64,000 nt of DNA from NCBI GenBank assembly GCA_000320545.1, contig ADNK01000035.1:1-64000 (forward strand). The letters are read 5' to 3'. The number at the start of each line of letters is the position of its first letter. The stretch's first letter is position 1. Source of the DNA: Bigelowiella natans CCMP2755 (lineage: Eukaryota > Protista > Cercozoa). The translations under genes and the position numbers were made by a program. Under the pieces are notes generated by a model. That model saw only the letters and a list, made by a program, of their open reading frames with translations, had not been told where the DNA came from and searched no databases. Positions 40,111 through 52,560 of the stretch are shown here, in pieces.

Positions 40111-40574
40111 CCCTAAGAAAAAAGGATTTCGTCACATTCAACTTAAACAATAAGTAGGAGACGGTTGTAATGAACAGATATTCAATACCGTTGTGGTTCT
40201 AGCGTATTCCTGGTGTTGACTTGGTGTGGGGGACTAGGACGTGGAAATACGCTTCATAGAGAGCCGGAAAGGTTGTGCGGGCACTGCAAATTTAGAGCAT
40301 TTGTTGCGGTCTGCGATTAATTCAGAGTATTACCGAGATACGACATCACATTGATACGTTGTTCAATAAATTTAGGGTGAAAAACTTCCTTTCAAACAGC
40401 GAACTCGCGAACTTCAGAAAATATTGATGTCGCACAACATACAGATCTAAGAGTATTTGACTGCTACGACAAACAACATATGCAAGCATTCTTATAACAT
40501 AAGCTGCAAGATACCCAATTCAAAGTACCCCGAACAACATGCAGGGAGAAAAGCTTGTTTGTGTGGAACTTTGA

Positions 40575-40702
40575 GGAAATCCAAATGGAAATCCTGGAAA
40601 TCAGGAAATCCTCGGCAGGAAATCCTGAAATCCTAGGGAAATCCTGGAAATCCTAGGAAATCCTAGGAAATCCTAGGAAATCCTGGAAATCCGGAAACCT
40701 AG
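40575..40702. repeat. Minisatellite of GGAAATCCT(A) units in a divergent intergenic region
   Basis: About 12 degenerate 8-11 bp units, e.g. ggaaatcctaggaaatcctaggaaatcctaggaaatcctggaaatcc. Confidence 0.9.
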
Positions 40703-41140
40703 ATCTGGCTCAATTGTCTCACTTCTAAATGGATGCAGAAACAATAAGGCGACAAATTAAATAAAAAATAAATTGATTTCCCGCCATACGTGTCATCCTA
40801 TCTGGATCGCTGTTCGTTCTCATAACAAAAATGTGATAGATCCGATCTAATAATCTCGTAAATAATAATATTAATGACATTCTATCTCATAAGTCCCGAT
40901 GAAATAATAAAAATTATCTATTTTTGATATATTTTTTTCCTTTCCACTGGACGACGCCCCCCAAGTTGTGTGTTGCAGGCCTCTTGAAATCGGCAAGAAG
41001 GCCATGCCGGAGAATTTGCCTTCCAGATCTTCAAGCAACAATCCGTCATCACCCTGTGTTTTATTGACAGTGGTAGTTTAAATGACTGCATTGTTGACCG
41101 TGTAAATGATCCACAATATTCATCCACTCGAATGTTCAAC

Positions 41141-44100
41141 AGGGAACGAACCAGTTTGCGCAACTTGGACTAGGAAGCAAGTATTTGCAGAGGAAAAATC
41201 CTACTGTCGTAAAGGCAGTGGAAGGGGCTGGAGTGCGACTCTTGGCATGCGGTTCACAACACACCGTGGTGGTCGATGATGACAACCGAGTGTGGAGTTG
41301 TGGCAGTAACGATGAAGGACAGCTGGGGAGAGTAACAAAGCGAGACACTGATGATGAGGCAATTCCTGCGATTGTAGCAGGAACACCTGTGCGACAAGCA
41401 ATCCGAATGATAACATGTGGGGATTCTCACACCATGATGCTTTGTGAGGGTGGCGTGGTGTGGGGATGGGGTATCTTCCGAGACACAACGAACAATGGTC
41501 CTGGGATGGGTTTTGTACGAGTAGGGCGCGATATGAAGGAGAATTCTCCCGTGCAGATTCCTGGGTTCGAAGGTAAGCAAGTTGAGATGATTGCTTCAGG
41601 CGGTGATCATTGTGTAGCCGTGGATAGGTCTGGAGCGGTATGGCAGTGGGGCGACTTTTGTTGTTCAACGAAAGGGAATGATATACAAGATGTGGAGAAG
41701 AAGCTACGGCCCAACCGTGTAGAGTTCAGCCTGGGTGGAGAAGAAGACGGGGGCATTGCTGCAACATCAGCAACTGCTGTATATGCGGGAGCGTTATGCA
41801 GTTTCGCTGTTCTAGCGGATGGCGCCGTTTTGGGTTGGGGTCTAGATAACTGGGGGCAGCTAGGCGTCCAGGGGAGCGTTCTTCGAGACAAGAATGCAGA
41901 TCAATTTGTATATCCTCCTGCAAAGGTGCTTAGCTCATTTGGAGGTGGCTCGGTTCGCAAGATAAGTAGTGGTGATCAGCATAGTCTGTTTTTGACGAGT
42001 CAAGGGCGAATATATGCTTGTGGGTGTCCACACTACGGTAGGCTGGGCATAGTGGGTATGAAAGGGCGCAATAGCCCTGTGGCACAGCCGACACCAATCA
42101 GCGAGCCTCGTGGTTCTGGAAGAAGTTCCCGCATTGTGGAGCGTTATGTCGACGTTTCAGCAGGGCAGCTGCACTCAGTTGCAGTGACTAAGAGCGGTAA
42201 GGTGTTTGCTTGGGGTTCCGGGGATGATTTGCAGCTTGGGACGGCGGAGGAAAAAGAGGAGGAAATTCCTGTGCAGCTTAGGGGTGCGAATCTGAGAGGT
42301 AGCAAACGGTGGTGTAGTATAGCAATAGTAGTGGTGGTAGTACTGGTACTTGTATCAGTTGTTGAAGAAGAAGTATCTGTGTGCTACTTCAAACCTAGAA
42401 AATGAGTGCATGTATGAATATAGATCATGCACTTATATGTAGTAGCGTGTGTATGTATGTATGACAATAGAAATGATAAAAATGTGTGTGAAATATGTGT
42501 GAATATGTGTGTTTAGGGTTGGCGTCACGGAACATTCCCGAGCGAAAGGCAGTCGCGGTTGGTTGCGGTTTTCAGCACACTGCATTACTTGCTCACAGGA
42601 AGGATGGAGTTACGGTGTTGTTTGGACAACCTAGAAAGGCGGCGGCGGCAGTTTCGGATAGTGGAAATAAGCGAAAAGAGCCAGGAAAAGTTGAATCCAT
42701 ACCGGCTCAGCAGTTTCAGCAGCAACAAGAGGTATCGTTTTCCAGCAAGCATGCTAGAACGGCGGCGGCAGTATTACATCATCCTCCGCGTCAACAAGTT
42801 CCTGACGTAAAAATGGGTGATACCACTGCTTCAACTGCTGGTGGTAGTGGTGCAAATGTGGGTCGTCGACCTCACGAACCATCGGTGCTCTTGACCGTGG
42901 TATGTCAACAACTACTACTACTACTACTATTTCTACTAGTAAATACTAGTACTAGTACTACTCCTCTAAGTTCGAACCATTATTTAAGTAACAACAGTAT
43001 TATTACCCTTTCTCTCCTATCATCTTTGACGACGGTGACTAACTGCATGAACTGTGTGGCCTTCCATTGCCCTCCCCCCTGCATCAATGATGAATGATAG
43101 GGAACGAACCAGTTTGCGCAACTTGGACTAGGAAGCAAGTATTTGCAGAGGAAAAATCCTACTGTCGTAAAGGCAGTGGAAGGGGCTGGAGTGCGACTCT
43201 TGGCATGCGGTTCACAACACACCGTGGTGGTCGATGATGACAACCGAGTGTGGAGTTGTGGCAGTAACGATGAAGGACAGCTGGGGAGAGTAACAAAGCG
43301 AGACACTGATGATGAGGCAATTCCTGCGATTGTAGCAGGAACACCTGTGCGACAAGCAATCCGAATGATAACATGTGGGGATTCTCACACCATGATGCTT
43401 TGTGAGGGTGGCGTGGTGTGGGGATGGGGTATCTTCCGAGACACAACGAACAATGGTCCTGGGATGGGTTTTGTACGAGTAGGGCGCGATATGAAGGAGA
43501 ATTCTCCCGTGCAGATTCCTGGGTTCGAAGGTAAGCAAGTTGAGATGATTGCTTCAGGCGGTGATCATTGTGTAGCCGTGGATAGGTCTGGAGCGGTATG
43601 GCAGTGGGGCGACTTTTGTTGTTCAACGAAAGGGAATGATATACAAGATGTGGAGAAGAAGCTACGGCCCAACCGTGTAGAGTTCAGCCTGGGTGGAGAA
43701 GAAGACGGGGGCATTGCTGCAACATCAGCAACTGCTGTATATGCGGGAGCGTTATGCAGTTTCGCTGTTCTAGCGGATGGCGCCGTTTTGGGTTGGGGTC
43801 TAGATAACTGGGGGCAGCTAGGCGTCCAGGGGAGCGTTCTTCGAGACAAGAATGCAGATCAATTTGTATATCCTCCTGCAAAGGTGCTTAGCTCATTTGG
43901 AGGTGGCTCGGTTCGCAAGATAAGTAGTGGTGATCAGCATAGTCTGTTTTTGACGAGTCAAGGGCGAATATATGCTTGTGGGTGTCCACACTACGGTAGG
44001 CTGGGCATAGTGGGTATGAAAGGGCGCAATAGCCCTGTGGCACAGCCGACACCAATCAGCGAGCCTCGTGGTTCTGGAAGAAGTTCCCGCATTGTGGAGC

Positions 44101-44550
44101 GTTATGTCGACGTTTCAGCAGGGCAGCTGCACTCAGTTGCAGTGACTAAGAGCGGTAAGGTGTTTGCTTGGGGTTCCGGGGATGATTTGCAGCTTGGGAC
44201 GGCGGAGGAAAAAGAGGAGGAAATTCCTGTGCAGCTTAGGGGTGCGAATCTGAGAGGTAGCAAACGGTGGTGTAGTATAGCAATAGTAGTGGTGGTAGTA
44301 CTGGTACTTGTATCAGTTGTTGAAGAAGAAGTATCTGTGTGCTACTTCAAACCTAGAAAATGAGTGCATGTATGAATATAGATCATGCACTTATATGTAG
44401 TAGCGTGTGTATGTATGTATGACAATAGAAATGATAAAAATGTGTGTGAAATATGTGTGAATATGTGTGTTTAGGGTTGGCGTCACGGAACATTCCCGAG
44501 CGAAAGGCAGTCGCGGTTGGTTGCGGTTTTCAGCACACTGCATTACTTGC
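41141..44550 (+). repeat. Apparently identical 1452-bp direct repeat (41141-42592 = 43099-44550)
   Basis: The two 406-aa ORF translations are identical, as is the intron sequence. The offset is 1958 bp. Confidence 0.95.
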
Positions 44551-45297
44551 GCATAAGTATGTAGCACATTCAATCTTGTCTGGAACTTCTCTGCGGAATG
44601 AGAAAGGTTTTGGCTCGGGAAAAAGAAAACTTCGGGAAGAAGATTCTGTAACAGTACAGATGAGTCCAGAGGTAATGAAGATACACATTGTAAAATGCTC
44701 CAACTTTGTGCCTGGAAGCATATTGTTTATGATTTTATTTAGAGAGTGCCCACATACATTCACATCGGAATTCTTTTGTTTGTGAGTTTTTTTGTGAGTG
44801 ACGAGTAGAGGTAATCTGCACCGAGAAAAGGGAAAAACGAAATTTGCAAGAGAAATTTACGGTGTTTTTTGTTAAAAGGGCGGAAGAAAGAAAGTTCGGA
44901 AATTTTATTCACAAAAGACCCCGTTAAGGCTAAAGACTGAGAGCCGTTTCGCAAACGAGAATCCAACGGATGTATGGATAAAGAGGAACATAGATGTGGA
45001 TTCGATGTTTCGAGATGTGTCTACTGCTGAGATGTTTGCTGTTGAGAAGAAGAAAAAAGGTTGGTTCCACCATTTTTTACACAAAGAGGATGAATCACTG
45101 ATCTTAAGTTACTCACAGAAGAGGAGGCACAAATGATGGAAGCCAGGTTCAAGATCATGGCATTCTACGCCAAACACGCTCCGTCTAAGAATCTAGATGA
45201 TATAGATGACATAATACGGAAGTATTCTATGAAGGGAAGTGACTGGCTTTCGATTCTATTTGAGCGCTTGCAAAAAAAATATGGATGTCACCCTTGA
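41141..45297 (+). CDS. RCC1-repeat protein with two beta-propellers and probable C-terminal helical repeat (5' exon not resolved)
   Basis: RCC1 repeats LACGSQHT..VWSCGSNDEGQLG, ITCGDSHT, IASGGDHC, ISSGDQHS and VSAGQLHS..VFAWGSGDDLQLG. Linker exon 42518-42900 splices in frame to the second copy. The attachment of the 45134-45297 exon is inferred. Confidence 0.8.
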
Positions 45298-45399
45298 TGC
45301 GTGTGGAACGATCTGATCAAAATCAAACACCTGAGATCTAAGAGGTGACTGAAATGGAATGCAACTAATGTAAGACAGTTGGTACCCATCTAGCCATGG

Positions 45400-46720
45400 A
45401 CAATGAGGTCGATGAACAAGATAAACTCACACCTTCTGTCATCAGCGCGGCATTCTTCATGAGGGCCCTATTCTTTGAGGAAAACGTGAATTTAACAGAA
45501 GAAGAGTCCACTTAGCATTTGTAACTTGCTTGAAAATTCTCCTCGGAGATGCGAATTTTGGATTCGAGGTTAATTGATCTCCAGAGTGTTGCGCTGATGC
45601 AGTTTGCATGTTCTTAACCGAATGCAGTGCATTGTTTTTTTGGCACATCACTTTTGGGATCATTGTCGCGAACGCACAATTCTCATCGTTGCTTCGTTGG
45701 CACATGCAAGAGCGCATGCATGTCATTGTCGCTAGCTGCTAAAGAAATCGCTCTGCTGCTGTGTGCCTCTGTCCTCGGACATCGAAATTGATTGCCTCGC
45801 TAATCTAACACTGCAACGACTTGCCGCCTGACCTACTTCAATTGCCATGCGTCATTTCATGCACGCAAAGCTAAAAAGGATGCCAGACGAAGACGTTCTT
45901 TGCGAGCCCCTCTAGCCCTGGAGCCCGCGCATGCTAACATGTGCACCGTGCATTGCTAGATTGCTGCGCGCTTGCATGCGTGCGCAAGTGGGGCACGAGC
46001 TGTGCAGAATAGCAAAGTCAGAGAGTAGCATCACAATTGACACGTTATTTCTCGTCGATGCTGTGCAATTTTCCCCTAACTAGCCAAGCTTAATGTGCGG
46101 GCCACCCTAGCTTGTCCTCACTTGACTTCCACATGCAATGATCGACAAGATTTCTCCTAGCCACCATCGCAGAAACTCCTGCTTGTGGATGCAGTCTAGC
46201 AGTGTGCTAGTGTGGTGCACTGCACACAGCTACGTTAATTGTCTAGTTGTGTCTGCTGTCTGCGTGAAAGCAAGCGAGACAATCTAGCAATCCAAGCGCG
46301 TTTCCACCCTAGCACTGCTAGACTGCTAGCATGATCACACCTGCCTCTCGCTCGATTCGCACATCGCCACAAACAAGGCTTTCATTTGTTGTTCTGGCAA
46401 TCGCATGCAATGGTCGACGCCAAATTTCAGTCTCAGCCGCAGTTTTACATCCAGGGCGAGGTTCGCGAAACACATCAATTCGATCGTGGTACGTTAATTA
46501 ATTGTCCACAAAGTCCTGTAGCTGTGCAAGCAACATAAAAAATTCAGCAGGAGCATGTCTAGATGTGGGCAATGCTGCATTCCAATGTCATGCATGCACA
46601 AGCAACGCCACAAGTGAAAATCAAGCCATCAATTGTGCTTCGATGTCTGTTTGTCATCTCTCAGTCTTTCAGTTGTTAATATGCATGCCACTCCTGCTCC
46701 GTCAACCACAATAACAACCT
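45400..46720. other. TpA-depleted tract between convergent genes
   Basis: The remaining TA dinucleotides are mostly CTAG/CTAA/TTAA, and the tract is rich in GCATGC/TGCA. Confidence 0.75.
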
Positions 46721-46802
46721 TTACTAATTTTGGACATTTGCGGTGTATGCATATGCTTGCCTCCTCTACTAAGTAGATACGATCGACCCTGATGGATTTC
46801 GC

Positions 46803-49800
46803 TCAAAGATTTGTTCTATTGATATCATACGCGAAATTTCTTCCCCGAGAATACATTTCCTTAGACAACTCCTTGGACAGCTTCGCAAATTTACTCTCTT
46901 CATAATGCTGCGTGTCTAGATCTTCAGACGTTTTGCTTCTATCGGTATCGGAGTTTCCTAAAAGGCAGGCATTTTCCAAAGAATACAGAGGTGGATATCA
47001 TCATATGTATGTATGTGTGTATGTATGATTACAACAGTGTATGTATAATTTGACAAAACTCACCAGGATCCATCGGGATATCGAATGTGACCCCGGGTCC
47101 TCGCACTTCGCGGAAGAGGGAACTGTCCGATTCTGACTTGTCAATTGATGGAGATTCTGCGTGTGCAGGGATTAGTTTTGATAATTCTGAACCTTATTCA
47201 TGTATTATTATATTGGAGCTATCCTCACCCATCTTTTCTTCAACGTAGGTTCCATTTAATGTAGTTCTCTTTTCTGACCTATGATTTACTGTATATAATA
47301 GAATCTCTTAAAACCGCAACATTTGACACCAAATTTTAAATTTTACGAAATTTTTGAGTCAGCTCTTCCTTGGTTTTGTGGTCGTCCAACGAGTTCCCCA
47401 TTGAGATTTGGCTTACTTAAAAGTAGTGTAAATAGATATCAAACAATGATGACTTATGGCTTAATTACTAGAGAACTTACAATAGCTGTCGAGTAACTCT
47501 TTTCTTCCTGAAGCATCATCTGGACCCAAGACACAACAAATATTGATGATGAGTAAAATCACTTTTCGTCGGTATTCATTATTAACTGCAAGATTACACC
47601 ATTTAATATGCGGAGCTCCCTTTCCGAGAATCCCATCTTTCGGTTATTTCAAAAGGTTTCATTTTTTTGGTTGTAAAATAATAAATATGTAAAAATATTT
47701 ATTCTATTGAGGATAAAAAAATTGTCTCTCTTTGTTCTGAAAAAGGCCAAGGTATTCTTAAGAAATATCTCACTATGAGTGGAGGAAGTAGCAGTCAGGC
47801 AGAATCAAAAACTGTCGCTGGTAAAATATAGTATAAAATCTTATGTTTCAATTGCAATCTACCTCTTTCACAGGTTCGGGTTCGAATCTCTTATGATACA
47901 CACGCGAATCCACCTTTGGTAGTCCTTTGAATAATCCGTGGACCCGAGCTCTCTCCGAACTATATCATCAAGAATAAACATTTCCAAATAAATATTTTTC
48001 CTTGCCAACGATTTATTTATTGACATGTGATAATCGAAAGACGGAGATATTTATACATTCTTAGCGTCTCTGGGTCTTGTTGGAACTGGAGCTTCAGTCC
48101 TACGTCGTCTTGGTTCTCATTTGCAGCAGTAGGAACTACCTCCTCACCATTGGTTTTATTCCCAATTAACTGGGTGCTAATCAATGACACTTTGTGATGC
48201 AGGTCTTCGAGTTTATTTTCAGATCCAACGGAAGATGATTTGAGTTTGCTGTACATTGGAATCCAGGGGATTGCGAATGATTTTGCTGCTCTCCCTGTTT
48301 GTGCACCGGTCGATGGTAGATGTAAGGGTATGATGGAGGAGGAATTTCTTTCTGAAGTTGAAGCTCCCTCTTTCAGAGAAGCAGCAGCGAGAGTGTCAGA
48401 TGATAATAAATTTTTGCTTTGAGAAGATGTTCTTATTCGTTTTAACCTATTTGCCTTTAACTTGACTTCCTAGAAGAATTATGAAATCAGATGATGAAAT
48501 TGTGGAAATTTCATAAAATGTTGCACAAGGATTTCACTCAAATCAGATGATGAAATTGTGGAAATTTCATAAAATGTTGCACAAGGATTTCACTCAAATC
48601 AGATGATGAAATTGTGGAAATTTCATAAAATGTTGTTGCACAAGGATTTCACTCACCCCTTCATCTCGAAGATCAACTGTGTAGAGCATGCGGATGCTAT
48701 CATAGTCGATGATAGTACCCATAGTACTACCCATAACTTCAACTTCATCACCGACTTGGAGCACGCCTGTACCGTTCACAATGGTGTATATTAATTGCAG
48801 TTTTCAATATCATTATTACTTGTTTGAAGAGGAGGAGGAGGAGGAGGGAATATCAAGTCAGTCCCTACTCACTTAGAGGAGCGTCTCTTGCAAGTTCACC
48901 ATCTTCAAGTTTTGCACGGATTCTGACTTGTGGTGGTTGAAGACGCCGAATTTGACCCCTTACATCTTGTGAAATTTCCATGGCCGGGGGTGGGATTGGA
49001 AGGATCTGTTAGAACGAATGAAGCATAAACAGCTGCTCTAAATATTTACGGGTCGTTATTACTTTCGTTTTCTAAATATTGCAGATTACTTTTACTTACA
49101 TTTTCACTCGAACATGGAGTTTCGGGCTTTATTTGAACGTTGGGGATATTTATCCGTGGCCACATTGCAGGGCGCTTCTTCACCAAATATATATGGAGTA
49201 ACGTCTGACAAAATAGTAGACAAGCATTATTCCAAGCTTCAAATGAGGAAACAATCATAGAAACGAATAATAAGAAGAATGATAATAATAATAACATTAA
49301 TAGTAATTATAATCATAATTTTAATAGTAATATATTATTAAACAACCTTTTCTGTTGAATTGCCCTGATCTAGGTAATTTATCCACCAGGTCCCCTCGTC
49401 TGGGATGACTCTTGACCATAATTTGTAAGCAAATACGTTTGTCTTATTCACGCTCAAAGCTATAGAGTCTGATCTGTATGTTATAAACCAATGTCATCCT
49501 CGAATGTGATTAATAACTCATATGCAAAAGATCTGTGGTAGTACCTGAATTTGACCCTGATTGATTTTTTCCCAACTTTCCCATCCAGCTCAAATATTGT
49601 TTCTACATCGTGTCTGTCAATTACAAGTATTAGCCTGGATATGATTAGTCTGCACTATACGTGACACCTTGACTGCCAAGCTTTGGCGAAGTCACCCTCA
49701 TCAAACAGTAATCTCCCATTACGATTCAAAATCATGTTAGAGCGTGCAAATGGCGGCTTTGTTGTTTCCTGCCAAGAACAGGTATTAGACCGACGTGCAC

Positions 49801-50139
49801 TTTGAAACATATTCTATCACTAACCTCCAGCCATGACTCGTGGCTGTGACTGTCACTCCCACCCCGGATCCGAAACAGGTCCTGTAGTTCGCTGTCTAGT
49901 CCCAGGTAATAGGCCTTGTTAGTTCTAGAGCTGATTGCCACGGCGACATCATTATCATCGGATAAGAGCAGGTGAGACGATGCGATTCCAGTTAACAGCA
50001 CAGTTGCCACTGAGATTATAAGAGCGCGCCTCACGAACTGGCAGCAACTACGATCTGACGTTTCTTTAATTTGTTCCGAACCCCACTTTGTACAAGAATT
50101 TACGAGGTGATGCTCGTGCACGCACATAGCACTCTTCAT
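46803..50139 (-). CDS. CS (p23/NudC-like) domain protein with N-terminal hydrophobic leader, multi-exon
   Basis: Spliced AWQS|RHDVETIFELDGKVGKKSIRVKFR|SDSIALSVNK..LWSRVIPDEGTWWI..|TLLHIYLVKKRPAMWPRI fits the CS pattern. A later LQVGDEVEV..GTIIDYD..YTVDL segment is SH3/KOW-like. The leader ALIISVATVLLTGIA is followed by FRIRGG. Confidence 0.65.
48484..48654. repeat. Three tandem 56-bp copies in an intron
   Basis: aaatcagatgatgaaattgtggaaatttcataaaatgttgcacaaggatttcactc x3; the third copy has a 3-bp insertion. Confidence 0.95.
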
Positions 50140-50813
50140 TTATCATCTGCAGACATTATTCTTTCGCTACCGTTCCATTCCGTTCTGATGAGTTCGTAGG
50201 CCCTACAGCAGCAAGCAATAAAAGGCAGTAGTATCCATCAGCCTTGGGCATAGTAGTAGATCTAAATCGTAGTAACTTTCCAATGGGTAGGGTGCTCGGG
50301 ATTATGGAGGAGGTGCTCGAGCATTTTGATCTTGCGACATGGCCATGTCTACAGAAATCGCAGGGAAACAATGGGAATCCTGACCTGCGACAAAGAACAA
50401 CAAACACTGCCACAAACGTCGTACTGGTACTATTTACCAGCATCATCATCATTATCATCTCCCAAAATGATGATTCTACCTTGGAGGGGGGACTAACTGA
50501 ATCGAAGGAGATTCAAAAAGTGGCAATTCAATTGGGGGAACTGAGTGCTTCTTGTTGCTAAGTTTGTTTATGTTGTTGGAGTGGTAGCGAGCCGCTACAC
50601 GAGAAGATACAATGCCAACTCAAATCAGACATCAAGATTCGAACGATAAGAATGATGACGTGGTTGAGAAAAGGGGGGGCAGGGTACTTAAGTGGACGAT
50701 ACAGGATTAATAATCGTTCTATTCACTTTCGTACTTTTCTACAACAACTTTTCTCTTTACTCTGGCTACTACTACTCCTACTACTACTACTACTACCAAA
50801 TTCTGCTGTAGCA

Positions 50814-51560
50814 ATGCCTGTTGCAACCGATGCTAACCCAGCGACCGTTGTAACCGCCGCCTTGACATCTGTAAAATACGCTGCTCCATTGGATCGAACT
50901 TGTAAAGTATGTGGGGAGAGTTTTGTGGACGCGTTGGTCTACAGAAGGCACTTGAAAACCCATAGGCCGCTAAAACATTGTCCTAGGTGTGGAAAGACTT
51001 TCACAGATGGGTCGAATTATGCGAAACACGTGGAAGATAGTCATCACGAGCATAAATGCAATATCTGTAATAAGACTCTGAGTTCATCACTCACTTTACT
51101 TTATCATCGGAGTCTACATAATAACGATGGAAAGTACCAGTGCGATGTTTGCAGGAGAAGGATACCGACCTATGCAGCCTTCACCAAGCATTTGAGAAAG
51201 CACACAGGAGAGAAGCCTTATAGATGTAGATTCTGCAATAAAACAATGGCAGATAGTAGCAACCTCGCTAAGCATGAACGGAAGCACACCCAATCCAAGC
51301 CCTATAAATGTGAGGTATGCAACATGACCTTCACAGATAGGTCCAATTTAGTCATTCGCCACCTCCCTCTGCATTTCGAACATCTTCGTCGTCATAAGTG
51401 CAAAATCTGTGGCAGGAGATATGCACAAAAAACTGCAATGGCAAGTCACGCTAGATTACACAGAGGATGGGCATTTCAGCGATGTGATTATTGTGGGGAA
51501 ACTGGGAAGCAAGTAAGGTTGTCAAAAGTATGGAGGTGTGCATGGTGTGTAGCACACTAA
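50814..51560 (+). CDS. C2H2 zinc-finger protein (7 fingers) with C-terminal CxxC...CxxC module; an alternative upstream ATG exists at 50652
   Basis: Tandem fingers with an HTGEKPY linker, ending HRGWAFQRCDYCGET...WRCAWC. The ORF has no intron. Confidence 0.92.
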   Translation: MPVATDANPATVVTAALTSVKYAAPLDRTCKVCGESFVDALVYRRHLKTHRPLKHCPRCGKTFTDGSNYAKHVEDSHHEHKCNICNKTLSSSLTLLYHRSLHNNDGKYQCDVCRRRIPTYAAFTKHLRKHTGEKPYRCRFCNKTMADSSNLAKHERKHTQSKPYKCEVCNMTFTDRSNLVIRHLPLHFEHLRRHKCKICGRRYAQKTAMASHARLHRGWAFQRCDYCGETGKQVRLSKVWRCAWCVAH

Positions 51561-51747
51561 GGTAGAAATACGCAATTCAATATCTGATACCATAACAAGT
51601 TCATTCAATCATTTGCGTACTGTGCTTGCATTTGTATAGCATTAGAAAAGGTGAGAGACATGATGATGAAGACTAATAATAACTAGAACAATCGGGAGTG
51701 TAGCGGTAATAGACAAAAGGAATCTACTCTCAATGTGATACATATAC

Positions 51748-52105
51748 ATGAGACGGATGTAACGATGTGTTAAAATATTTTCAATAGTCATCTATGGGCT
51801 GAATGTGCCATGTAATGAATGATTACATTTTTCAATTGTCATTCTATTGTAGCTGTGCAAAGCTGCGGTTACAGCGCTGCAAATTGCATTTTTTAGTTTC
51901 CGACAACTATGTGTTTCAAAAGTATTTATTCCATCATTTCGCATGCAGAGTGCCGCACGCTAGTGTGAGACGGATGTAATGAAGTGATTAAATCTTTTCA
52001 ATAGTCATCCTAATGTAGCTATGCAAAGCAGCGGCTACAGCGCTTAGGATGTGTCTATTTGTCTCATCTATCATGTGTTTCATGCATTTGAAAGCATCTG
52101 CATCC
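51748..52105 (+). repeat. Three copies of the dispersed repeat
   Basis: GAGACGGATGTAA...TTCAATAGTCATC at ~51750, a partial copy at ~51811 and a full copy at 51966-52105. Confidence 0.85.
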
Positions 52106-52560
52106 TTATATTCTGTACGTCGTCGATGTCGTGCGGTGCGCACAGCGGGCCGTGCCGCTGCGCACGCTATAGTGTAGATGCTAGCTAGCTAGCTATGTTA
52201 GCATGTGTCCTTTTATTTTTCATCCATGCTGTATAACGCGTGAGGCGGATGCTATGAAGCCGGATATTTCATTGTGAAGTCATTGCAACGTTCCGTCGAT
52301 CTCATGTGCATCTATCATAACGAGCTCTAATAATAATATGTACAGCATAAAGCATGTATGTAACAAATTTACGTTAGTGTCGATCTATTACATGTGTCAT
52401 CAAGATTCCATCGGCTAACATTGATCAACATGATGCGTGTGATATCTAGATACGTATGTCGTGTACGCTACGCTGCGGTATCGAACATCCATCTAGAACA
52501 TCATCTAATGTATTTCTCGAAAAATGAACAAACATACTCCAAAGCCGCACGTACAATCAA

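Noticed and set aside
40575-40702. Interstitial telomere
   Set aside because: The unit GGAAATCCTA does not match TTAGGG or TCTAGGG-type repeats; there is only one CTAGGG.
48484-48654. Repeat arrays as possible CRISPR (also 63669-63910 and the dispersed repeat)
   Set aside because: There are no unique spacers of regular length and no cas genes, and the context is eukaryotic.
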